Position numbers and translations under genes: made by a program. From a virus (lineage: Duplodnaviria; Caudoviricetes), in the IMG/VR virus record IMGVR_UViG_3300037493_000570, positions 1-55,840 of that record: a DNA stretch of 55,840 bases; one strand, written 5' to 3'. Under the pieces are notes generated by a model. The model worked only from the letters and a program-made list of their open reading frames with translations. It did no database searches and was not told the DNA's origin. The stretch's first letter is position 1; each line of letters opens with the position of its first letter. Shown piece by piece: positions 1 to 7,891 of this stretch.

Positions 1-332
1 CATTGTCTACCGGTCTAAACGTTGACGAAGCAAGCACCACTTTCGCTGGTGTTCTAAACGGTAAGTACAAAGTGTATGTTGATCCATACTCTGCTAACCA
101 AGCAAATACTCAGTTCTTCGTAACTGGTTATAAAGGTACTTCCGCATTCGACGCTGGTCTTTTCTATTGCCCATACGTGCCGCTAGAAAAAGTTCGTGCT
201 ATCGATCCAGCTACCTTCCAACCAAAAATTGGTTTCAAAACCCGTTACGGCATGGTTGCTAACCCGTTCACTAGCTTGTCTTCTGGACAAAACATCTACT
301 ACAGAAAAGTCGCTGTGACAAATCTAATGTAA
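1..332 (+). CDS. gp23: Major capsid protein, C-terminal part (5'-truncated)
   Basis: T4-type gp23 C-terminal motifs DAGLFYCPYVPL, FQPKIGFKTRYGMVANPF, YYRKVAVTNLM. Confidence 0.97.
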   Translation, partial: LSTGLNVDEASTTFAGVLNGKYKVYVDPYSANQANTQFFVTGYKGTSAFDAGLFYCPYVPLEKVRAIDPATFQPKIGFKTRYGMVANPFTSLSSGQNIYYRKVAVTNLM

Positions 333-366
333 ATTGATAAAAAATCCAGCATAGACTGGATACTTT

Positions 367-392
367 AAAGGACCCTTCGGGGTCCTTTTTTT
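367..392 (+). terminator. Rho-independent terminator after gp23
   Basis: AAAGGACCC-TTCG-GGGTCCTTT hairpin (C-UUCG-G loop) plus T tract. Confidence 0.9.
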
Positions 393-879
393 ATGCCATA
401 TGAAAACTACCATCTTCTCGATATACTCGTTTCTTTCCACGTTTACCTTCTGATATTTTATTTTTAACATCATCTGATCGTTCAACGCCTTTTAATGGAG
501 ACGGTTTGCCTTTCATTGAATTGCTAATTTTTAGTTTAGTCTCTTCAGATTTTATTAATCCCAATTGATATAAACTAATTTTTAGTTTAGTCTCTTCATT
601 CATAGGCTTTCCAACATGAGATTGTCTATTCTTCTCATTAGCTTCTTCGCTGTGCGACTTACCCCTAAATGAACTAGGTTGACCTTTACGACCTTTACTA
701 ATGTTAGCTTTCCACGATTCAATATCATGGGTTTCACGGGTATAACCAGATATACCTTTGTTCCAAGGCACGTCGATAAAGATAGGGATTAGATGACCGT
801 CTTCTTCTAGTTGACTATAGTCAACACTGAAAGTCTTAAGAGACTCAAAGACGTCTGTAGATGGTGAATAAATATTCAT
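391..879 (-). CDS. NUMOD3-repeat DNA-binding protein; homing-endonuclease-like, no recognisable nuclease domain
   Basis: PWNKG plus several (H/M)SEETKxKIS repeats; SD AAGGA and late promoter upstream on the - strand. Confidence 0.75.
   Translation of the reverse strand: MNIYSPSTDVFESLKTFSVDYSQLEEDGHLIPIFIDVPWNKGISGYTRETHDIESWKANISKGRKGQPSSFRGKSHSEEANEKNRQSHVGKPMNEETKLKISLYQLGLIKSEETKLKISNSMKGKPSPLKGVERSDDVKNKISEGKRGKKRVYREDGSFHMA
524..598. repeat. Exact 24-bp direct repeat (524-547, 575-598) encoding EETKLKIS
   Basis: CTAATTTTTAGTTTAGTCTCTTCA twice, 51 nt apart. Confidence 0.9.
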
Positions 880-934
880 GCTGGCATTCCTTATTAATGT
901 TAGAATAGGTGGGAATTGGCGTTCCGTGACCTAT
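880..934 (-). promoter_or_regulatory. Structured 5' leader, copy 1
   Basis: Minus strand AUAGGU-CAC-GGAA-CGCCAA-UUCC-C-ACCUAU-UCUAACAUU-AAUAAGG-AAUGCCAGC-AUG; covaries with the copy at 23666-23720. Confidence 0.7.
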
Positions 935-937
935 ACC

Positions 938-945
938 TATTTATA
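938..945 (-). promoter_or_regulatory. T4-type late promoter TATAAATA (antisense)
   Basis: TATTTATA on the + strand, upstream of 391..879. Confidence 0.75.
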
Positions 946-976
946 TAAGATGAGCTTCGGTCTCCCTTTTTTTCGT

Positions 977-984
977 TATAAATA
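977..984 (+). promoter_or_regulatory. T4-type late promoter TATAAATA
   Basis: Exact gp55 consensus ending 5 nt before the ATG at 990. Confidence 0.85.
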
Positions 985-989
985 ATAGT

Positions 990-1523
990 ATGACTACAAT
1001 ACTTTCTACTCAAATTCCAGAGAACGTTAATCCATTATCGCCTAATGGATACCTGTTCACACTTCAAAGATTGTCAACATTAAGTTACTTTTGTCAAGAA
1101 GTATCTTTGCCTGCTATCACTCTACCTGAAGCAACGCAATCAACACCATTTTCTAAAGTTCCATTATCAGGTGATCAGATCGATTTCGACACGCTTAGAG
1201 TTCAGTTCTTAATTGATGATAAAATGGAAAACTATAAAGCAATTCATAATTGGATTATAGGATTAGGATTCCCAGAAAATTACGCACAGTATACTACTAC
1301 TATTGGCAGTGCCGTTCCGGCAGCAATGAGCGAGGTTGCAAAATCATCTTCAGATGCTACGCTAGTTATACTTGGAAACGACAACAATGCTATACAAACT
1401 ATTCAGTTTGCAGACTGCATCCCACAGAGTTTAGAAAGCATAACATTTACATCTACGAATCAAGATGTAACATACTTAATTGGAAGCGTAAACTTCGCGT
1501 ATTCTTATTACAGATTCATTTAA
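990..1523 (+). CDS. gp3: Tail completion / tube terminator protein (gp3-like)
   Basis: NPLSPNGY, FCQEVSLP, FLIDDKMENYKAIHNW, SDATL motifs; position between gp23 and uvsY. Confidence 0.8.
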   Translation: MTTILSTQIPENVNPLSPNGYLFTLQRLSTLSYFCQEVSLPAITLPEATQSTPFSKVPLSGDQIDFDTLRVQFLIDDKMENYKAIHNWIIGLGFPENYAQYTTTIGSAVPAAMSEVAKSSSDATLVILGNDNNAIQTIQFADCIPQSLESITFTSTNQDVTYLIGSVNFAYSYYRFI

Positions 1524-1556
1524 TTATTAGCCGAAAGGCTATCACTGAAATACATT

Positions 1557-1994
1557 ATGAACATTGAAGAACTCCATGACCTTTGGGACGTTGATTGCAA
1601 TATCAACAGTGATCACCTTGATCGTGAATCAGTTAAGAGCCCACAACTCCACGCAAAATATCTACGCCTTCTTATTCAACATAAGATGAAGTTGTCTGCG
1701 CTTACAGCAGAGTATAATACCCTACGACAAAAGAAATTCCGCTACTATCGCGGCGAGATGGGTAAGGACGAACTCATCGAATTGAATTGGAAGCAATGGC
1801 AAGGTATCAAACCACTAAAGAATGAGATGGATGAATTCCTTGAAGGCGACTCAGATCTTAACAAGATCAACATAAAGAGTGCATATATAAAAGGAATGGT
1901 AGAAGCTTTAGAGTCTATCCTTGGTCAAATAAAATCCCGTGATTGGCAAATTAAAAATGCTATCACCTGGAAACAATTCGTTGCTGGTGCATAA
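1557..1994 (+). CDS. uvsY: Recombination mediator UvsY
   Basis: LDRESVKSPQLHAKY, YYRG, IKNAITWKQF; precedes uvsW. Confidence 0.9.
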   Translation: MNIEELHDLWDVDCNINSDHLDRESVKSPQLHAKYLRLLIQHKMKLSALTAEYNTLRQKKFRYYRGEMGKDELIELNWKQWQGIKPLKNEMDEFLEGDSDLNKINIKSAYIKGMVEALESILGQIKSRDWQIKNAITWKQFVAGA

Positions 1995-3475
1995 TGATTA
2001 CAATTGAGAAGATAAACAACGTTCACTTACGGATCTATTCAGATCCTTCAATCACACAAGAACTATCGGAATTCTTTACCTTTCAGGTAGAGGGTTATAA
2101 GTTCACGCCTGCTTACAGAAGCGGACAGTGGGATGGGAAGATTCGCATGTATGATATGCACCGTAAGACGCTATACGTTGGTCTTCTTAAATACGTTATC
2201 GCTTTTGCAGAACGTAACGGATATGAAATTAAGTACAACAATGAAGTACTGCCTGCAAACACAATCACTCGTGAAGAGATAGTCGAATACGCTAAGTGGT
2301 TAAACCCGTGTTCTCGCGGTGTACCAATTGAGATCTACGACTATCAGGTAGACGCCGTCCATAAGGCACTAACGGATGAACGTGCTCTATTGTTATCTCC
2401 TACTGCATCGGGTAAGTCATTTATCATCTACACTACGATGAGATGGCACCTTGAGAACAAAAAGAAGTGTATCGTTATCGTTCCAACTACATCATTGGTT
2501 GAACAACTATACGCAGACTTTGCGGATTATTCTTCTGTTAACGGATGGAGAACAGATCGTCACTGCCAGAAACTATACAGTGGATTCACTAAGGATGTAC
2601 AAGCAGACGTGTTGATCACCACATGGCAATCAATCTATAAGCAACCCGCTGCCTGGTTCAATCAATTCGATGTTATCTTTGGCGACGAGGCTCATAACTT
2701 TAAAGCTAAGTCTCTTACTTCAGTCATGGATAAGATGGTTAACGTGCAATATCGTATAGGTACTACTGGTACACTCGACGATAAGAAGGTACACAAGCTT
2801 GTTCTAGAAGGAATCTTTGGACCAGTTCATAGAGTTATTTCTACTCGCGAGTTAATGGATTCAAACAGAGTTGCAAACCTTAAGATAACTTGTATCGTAC
2901 TAAAGTATGATGAGACATCTTGTAAGATCATGAACAAAGCTCAGTATCCAGATGAGATTAACTTTATCATTGGACACGAGAAGCGCAATAGATTCATTCG
3001 TAACCTTGCATTAAACTGTGAAGGCAATACGCTGGTGTTATTCCAAATGGTCGCTAAGCATGGCAAGATTCTACACGAGATGATTGCTGCTAAAGCTGGT
3101 GATAAGAGAAAGGTATTCTTTATCTACGGTGGAACTGATACGGATGCTAGAGAAGAAGCTCGTAAGCTTATGGAGAATGAAACAGACGCTATCTGTATCG
3201 CTTCATTCGGTGTATTCTCAACGGGTATAAATATTCCATCGATAGAGAACGTTATCTTTGCTTCACCAAGTAAGTCTAAGATTCGTAATCTACAATCTAT
3301 TGGTCGAGGATTAAGACTGAAAGAAGGTAAGACTCATTGTAATCTATATGATATCAGTGATGATCTACACTGGAAGTCTTATAAGAATCATACTCTTGGT
3401 CACTTAGCAGAAAGACTAAAGACGTATTCTGAAGAGAAGTTTGTCTATAAGATTGTTGAGGTTCCAGTTGAATGA
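1994..3475 (+). CDS. uvsW: SF2 helicase UvsW
   Basis: WDGKIR, SPTASGKS, DEAH, QSIGRGLR. Confidence 0.95.
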   Translation: MITIEKINNVHLRIYSDPSITQELSEFFTFQVEGYKFTPAYRSGQWDGKIRMYDMHRKTLYVGLLKYVIAFAERNGYEIKYNNEVLPANTITREEIVEYAKWLNPCSRGVPIEIYDYQVDAVHKALTDERALLLSPTASGKSFIIYTTMRWHLENKKKCIVIVPTTSLVEQLYADFADYSSVNGWRTDRHCQKLYSGFTKDVQADVLITTWQSIYKQPAAWFNQFDVIFGDEAHNFKAKSLTSVMDKMVNVQYRIGTTGTLDDKKVHKLVLEGIFGPVHRVISTRELMDSNRVANLKITCIVLKYDETSCKIMNKAQYPDEINFIIGHEKRNRFIRNLALNCEGNTLVLFQMVAKHGKILHEMIAAKAGDKRKVFFIYGGTDTDAREEARKLMENETDAICIASFGVFSTGINIPSIENVIFASPSKSKIRNLQSIGRGLRLKEGKTHCNLYDISDDLHWKSYKNHTLGHLAERLKTYSEEKFVYKIVEVPVE

Positions 3476-3818
3476 ATATGTAGTATTTAAACTAATCTCT
3501 GGTGAACAGATGATTGGTACATTATTGAACGATATCAGCGAAGGAATCGTTGTACTAGATCCGATAATTGTAAAGATGGTACATGTCGTTAGAGATGGCG
3601 AACATGTAGAACAAGCTATTACATCTAGATTCTGTCAGTTTGCAGAAGACAATATATTTGCTTTCCATCATAGGAACCTAATCTATAAAAAGAAACTAGA
3701 TCCTAATATGGTGCAATACTATGCTCGTATTATTAAAGCACTAGATGCTGAAGACAATAATATGCAACCAGCCAAAGCAGAACAGGTTGATATACCAAAG
3801 GATAGAATTCTTCATTAA
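3468..3818 (+). CDS. Conserved T4-like hypothetical (Sm-like fold); start probably TTG 3468
   Basis: FKLISGE motif; usual position between uvsW and gp55. Confidence 0.7.
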   Translation: MNEYVVFKLISGEQMIGTLLNDISEGIVVLDPIIVKMVHVVRDGEHVEQAITSRFCQFAEDNIFAFHHRNLIYKKKLDPNMVQYYARIIKALDAEDNNMQPAKAEQVDIPKDRILH

Positions 3819-3836
3819 TCTGAAATCCATAGATTT

Positions 3837-3865
3837 ATTATACCATCGGTTCTCACGGCTGTACA
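3837..3865 (-). promoter_or_regulatory. Antisense sigma70-type phage promoter
   Basis: Minus strand TGTACA-17 nt-TATAAT with extended TG. Confidence 0.65.
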
Positions 3866-3892
3866 ATCTAATTAATCTAATTGCAATCTAAT
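3865..3892. repeat. Three AATCTAAT direct repeats between divergent promoters
   Basis: Copies at 3865, 3874 and 3885. Confidence 0.75.
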
Positions 3893-3898
3893 CTTGAT

Positions 3899-3927
3899 TG
3901 TACATGTCCCAATCTTTAGTGTATAAT
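3899..3927 (+). promoter_or_regulatory. Early-type promoter for gp55
   Basis: TGTACA-17 nt-TATAAT. Confidence 0.75.
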
Positions 3928-3952
3928 TGAGTAAACACACTATGGAATTCTA

Positions 3953-4546
3953 ATGGCAACCCACTACGTCAATAACGCCCAGATGCTTGAGTCTATCAAG
4001 GATTATCGGGAAAAACTACTAGCTGCTAGAGCTAACTCCACAGACCTCCCGCGTATCCCAGAATACCTTGGCGAGTGTATCATGAAGATTGCTACCGGCC
4101 TAAGTAGGAAATCTAACTTTATCAATTATTCGTATAAAGACGATATGATTCTAGATGGAATTGAAAACTGCATCCATTGCATGCACTCCTTCGATCCAGA
4201 GAAATCCTCAAATCCCTTCTCCTACTTTACACAAGTAATCTACTTTGCTTTCCTTCGCCGCATCGCCAAGGAAAAGAAGCAATCGTACATCAAGGGTAAA
4301 CTCATCCAAGACATGGCATTCGACTCATTTGATCTACAAGGTCATGATGACGATGCAGACTTTAAGAATGCTTACACTGCGTTCATTCAGGCAAACTCTA
4401 ACTTTGACAATTCGTTTATAACGAATAAAGAAAAGAAAAAGAAAGAAAAGTTTGAACAGTCACTAGCAAATTTTATTGATGAACCAAAGATTGTTCCGAA
4501 TGAAGAGAACAATCCTTTCTTCAGTGATGAGACTCCTCTAGAATGA
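3953..4546 (+). CDS. gp55: Late-transcription sigma factor gp55
   Basis: HYVNN, YLGECIMKIA, NFINYSY, FDPEKSSNPFSYFTQ, AFLRRIAKEKKQ. Confidence 0.95.
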   Translation: MATHYVNNAQMLESIKDYREKLLAARANSTDLPRIPEYLGECIMKIATGLSRKSNFINYSYKDDMILDGIENCIHCMHSFDPEKSSNPFSYFTQVIYFAFLRRIAKEKKQSYIKGKLIQDMAFDSFDLQGHDDDADFKNAYTAFIQANSNFDNSFITNKEKKKKEKFEQSLANFIDEPKIVPNEENNPFFSDETPLE

Positions 4547-4698
4547 AAGATAGAGACTGGTTAGACAAAGTAGCTTTAGCAGCATCTGTATATTGCGAAT
4601 TCCCAAACACTGATGAAGCAGAAATCGATAAGTTTATTGAATTTTTATATTACGCTTATGGCTATGATAAGTTTTTGGAGATAAAGAAACATGAATAG
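4543..4698 (+). CDS. Small hypothetical protein (51 aa, not in ORF track)
   Basis: MKDRDWLDKVAL...; overlaps the gp55 stop and the next start. Confidence 0.65.
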   Translation: MKDRDWLDKVALAASVYCEFPNTDEAEIDKFIEFLYYAYGYDKFLEIKKHE

Positions 4699-5089
4699 AA
4701 TTGGATTTACGTGTTCAGCATTTGATTTGTTTCACGCTGGTCATGTATTGATGCTAGCAGAAGCAAAGTCACAATGTGATTATCTTATTGTAGGACTACA
4801 GACTGATCCTACTATAGATCGTCCAGAAAAGAACAAGCCAGTGCAATCTGTATTCGAACGATTCGTACAAGTTGAAGGATGCAAGCATGTTGATATGGTT
4901 ATCCCATATGCAACTGAAGCTGATCTGTTAAACATACTAAAATCAATTCATATCGATGTTCGTATTCTAGGCGAAGAGTACCAAAATAGAACGTTCACTG
5001 GTGAGGATCTTGACATAGAGATCTACTTTAATAAGCGTAGTCATGCTTTTAGCACTACTGAATTACGTGAAAGAATTAAGAAACAATGA
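4691..5089 (+). CDS. Glycerol-3-phosphate cytidylyltransferase-like (TagD family)
   Basis: FDLFHAGH (HIGH-type), LIVGLQTDP, STTELR. Confidence 0.85.
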   Translation: MNRIGFTCSAFDLFHAGHVLMLAEAKSQCDYLIVGLQTDPTIDRPEKNKPVQSVFERFVQVEGCKHVDMVIPYATEADLLNILKSIHIDVRILGEEYQNRTFTGEDLDIEIYFNKRSHAFSTTELRERIKKQ

Positions 5090-6141
5090 GAGTTGCAATC
5101 ATAACCGATCAACACTTTGGCGCTCGTGGTGACAGTGTTCAATGTTTAGATTACTATGAGAACTTCTATAAGAATGTTTTCTTTCCTAAGCTTAAAGAAC
5201 AGAACATTACTACGATGTTGATTCTTGGTGATACCTTCGACCGTCGAAAGTTTGTAAACTTTAACACTCTTTCTCGCACTAAACAGATGTTCTTCGATAA
5301 GGCTTTCGAAGCTGGTATCCTTATCACCATGATTGCTGGAAATCATGACACCTATTTCAAGAACACCAACGAAGTCAATAGTCCTGAGCTAACATTAAAA
5401 GAGTATCCTAACATTGTCATTGTTACAAGGCCAGAAACTGTTAATGTCGCTGGAACCCCAATTTGTTTTCTCCCTTGGATATGTGCCGACAACTACACAG
5501 ACTCCATGACTGAGATTAAGAATACCACCGCTGAGATCTGTATGGGTCACCTAGAGATCTCAGGTTTTGCAATGTATAGAGGAGTTGAATCACATGATGG
5601 ATTATCTAAAGAGTCGTTTAATAAGTTTGACATGGTTTTTTCCGGACACTATCATCATCGATCTAACGATGGTCATGTGTTTTATCTCGGCAACCCGTAT
5701 GAGTTAACGTGGCAAGACTATAAAGATCCTCGCGGATTCCACTTGTTCGATCTTGATACTCGTACACTAGAGTTTGTTCAGAATCCATATAGCCTATTTG
5801 AGCGATATGAATATGATGACACTAGAGAAGATCCAGATGGAGTTGACACTAGTTTCGTTACAGACAAATATGTAAAGATAGTGGTTATCAATAAGACTGA
5901 CTTCTATAAGTTTGATAAGTTTATCAATCGTGTCTATCTTCGCAATCCACTTGAAGTAAAGATCATTGAGAATTTCTCAGAGTTTAGCGATGGTCAAGTT
6001 GATGAGAACATTAATCTTGAGGATACTTCTAGTGTGTTATCGGATTATATCGACTCCGTTGAAACTGACGTAGACAAAGATAAGGTGAAGAATTTTATGA
6101 AAGCTTTATACACTGAAGCGCTTAATAAGGATGTTGTTTAA
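5086..6141 (+). CDS. gp47: Recombination endonuclease subunit gp47 (Mre11-like)
   Basis: TDQHFG, GDTFDRRK, GNHD, SGHYH. Confidence 0.95.
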   Translation: MRVAIITDQHFGARGDSVQCLDYYENFYKNVFFPKLKEQNITTMLILGDTFDRRKFVNFNTLSRTKQMFFDKAFEAGILITMIAGNHDTYFKNTNEVNSPELTLKEYPNIVIVTRPETVNVAGTPICFLPWICADNYTDSMTEIKNTTAEICMGHLEISGFAMYRGVESHDGLSKESFNKFDMVFSGHYHHRSNDGHVFYLGNPYELTWQDYKDPRGFHLFDLDTRTLEFVQNPYSLFERYEYDDTREDPDGVDTSFVTDKYVKIVVINKTDFYKFDKFINRVYLRNPLEVKIIENFSEFSDGQVDENINLEDTSSVLSDYIDSVETDVDKDKVKNFMKALYTEALNKDVV

Positions 6142-7853
6142 TGCTGATTTTTAAAACGTTGACATGGCAAAATTTTCTATCAACAGGTAACTCAGCTAAT
6201 AGTATTATCCTTAACAAATCTGCAAGCACTTTAGTCATTGGTAAGAATGGCGAAGGCAAGTCTACGATGTTAGACGCACTGACGTTTGCACTGTTTGGCA
6301 AACCATTCCGCAATATCAATAAGCCGCAATTGATAAACTCTATCAATGGTAAGGGTTGTGTTGTTACTATCGAGTTTGAAATTGGTACTGCTGAGTATAA
6401 GATTGTTCGTGGAATTAAACCAGGCATCTTTGAGATCTATCTTAATGGTGTTATGATCAATCAGGATGCTGCAGCAAAAGATTATCAAAAAGTTCTAGAG
6501 CAACAGATCCTACGTCTTAACTATAAGACATTCACTCAGGTTATCATTCTTGGTTCGGCATCGTTTGTTCCATTCATGCAACTACCTGCGTGGCAACGCC
6601 GTGAGGTGATTGAGGACATCCTTGACATTGGTATCTTTTCCACTATGAATTCTATTCTCAAAGAAAGAATTAGTGAGACTAAAGAAGAGATGCGTGACAT
6701 AGAGAATAAGATTGAGATCGCTAAGAACTCAGTGATTGCCCAAAGGAAAATCATTTCATCGATGGTGTCGTCTAAGCAAGAACAAGTAGATCACATTCGT
6801 AAACAGATCGCAGACAATGATGCTGAGATCAAAGCTAACGAAGATCGTTGGGAAGTGCTATCCGACAAGATGAATGAGATGATGGCAGCAGGTGACAACG
6901 CTAAGGAGCTTAAAGAAGACATTGACAAAGCTGCTGCTCTTCGTTCTAAGTTAAATTCTAAGAAAGAACACATTGAAGAAACACTTCAGTTCTTTGCAGA
7001 CAATACTACTTGTCCATCATGTGCTCAGGATATTCCACATGAGCACAAGACTAACATTGGTTCCAGATTCAATCAGGAGTATAGTGATAGCGTAGATAAC
7101 CTAAACGTTCTTCAGGAAGCCTATGACAATCTAATGGATCGTCAAAAGAAACTCAATGAATTAAACAAAGAACTGTTGGCGTTAAACGTACAGTCAAACG
7201 CTACAATTACTTCTAACAAGTTGCTAAGTCGAAGCAACAAGAAACTCAATGAAGATATTGAGGCAACCAAACAGGACACTGGAAACATTGATGTAGAGAA
7301 GCAGAAGCTCAAACAAGTTGCTGATGACGCGATAGTTCTAATCGATAAAAAGAATGAACTGTCGGCAGAGCGAAACATTCAAGAAGTATCCGCTCTACTG
7401 CTAAAGGACACCGGCATCAAGACTGCTATCATTAAGGAATACCTTCCTGTCATGAACAAGTTGATCAATGGTTACCTTACAGCTATGGACTTCTATGTAC
7501 ACTTTGAGCTAGATGAGTCCTTCAATGAGGTGATCAAGTCACGCTTTAGAGATGAGTTCACCTATGAGTCGTTCTCAGAAGGCGAGAAAATGCGCATCGA
7601 CCTAGCTATCTTGTTCACATGGCGCCAGATTGCTAAGATGAAGAACTCAGTGAATACGAATCTTCTAGTTCTCGATGAGATCTTTGATTCAAGCCTTGAC
7701 AACTCTGGTACAGACTACTTCCTGTCGATCATGAATGCCATCGGAGACAAGTCAAACATCTTTGTGATTAGTCATAAAGGCGACCAGTTGTTCGACAAGT
7801 TCCATTCAGTGATCAAGTTTGAGAAGAAAAACGACTTTTCCTCTATCGTTTAA
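6141..7853 (+). CDS. gp46: Recombination endonuclease ATPase gp46 (Rad50-like)
   Basis: GKNGEGKST, CPSC hook, FSEGEK, LDEIFDSSLD. Confidence 0.95.
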   Translation: MLIFKTLTWQNFLSTGNSANSIILNKSASTLVIGKNGEGKSTMLDALTFALFGKPFRNINKPQLINSINGKGCVVTIEFEIGTAEYKIVRGIKPGIFEIYLNGVMINQDAAAKDYQKVLEQQILRLNYKTFTQVIILGSASFVPFMQLPAWQRREVIEDILDIGIFSTMNSILKERISETKEEMRDIENKIEIAKNSVIAQRKIISSMVSSKQEQVDHIRKQIADNDAEIKANEDRWEVLSDKMNEMMAAGDNAKELKEDIDKAAALRSKLNSKKEHIEETLQFFADNTTCPSCAQDIPHEHKTNIGSRFNQEYSDSVDNLNVLQEAYDNLMDRQKKLNELNKELLALNVQSNATITSNKLLSRSNKKLNEDIEATKQDTGNIDVEKQKLKQVADDAIVLIDKKNELSAERNIQEVSALLLKDTGIKTAIIKEYLPVMNKLINGYLTAMDFYVHFELDESFNEVIKSRFRDEFTYESFSEGEKMRIDLAILFTWRQIAKMKNSVNTNLLVLDEIFDSSLDNSGTDYFLSIMNAIGDKSNIFVISHKGDQLFDKFHSVIKFEKKNDFSSIV

Positions 7854-7856
7854 CGG

Positions 7857-7885
7857 TGTACATTAATTCGTCTATTAGATATAAT
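7857..7885 (+). promoter_or_regulatory. Early-type promoter
   Basis: TGTACA-TTAATTCGTCTATTAGA-TATAAT. Confidence 0.85.
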
Positions 7886-7891
7886 AGACTC

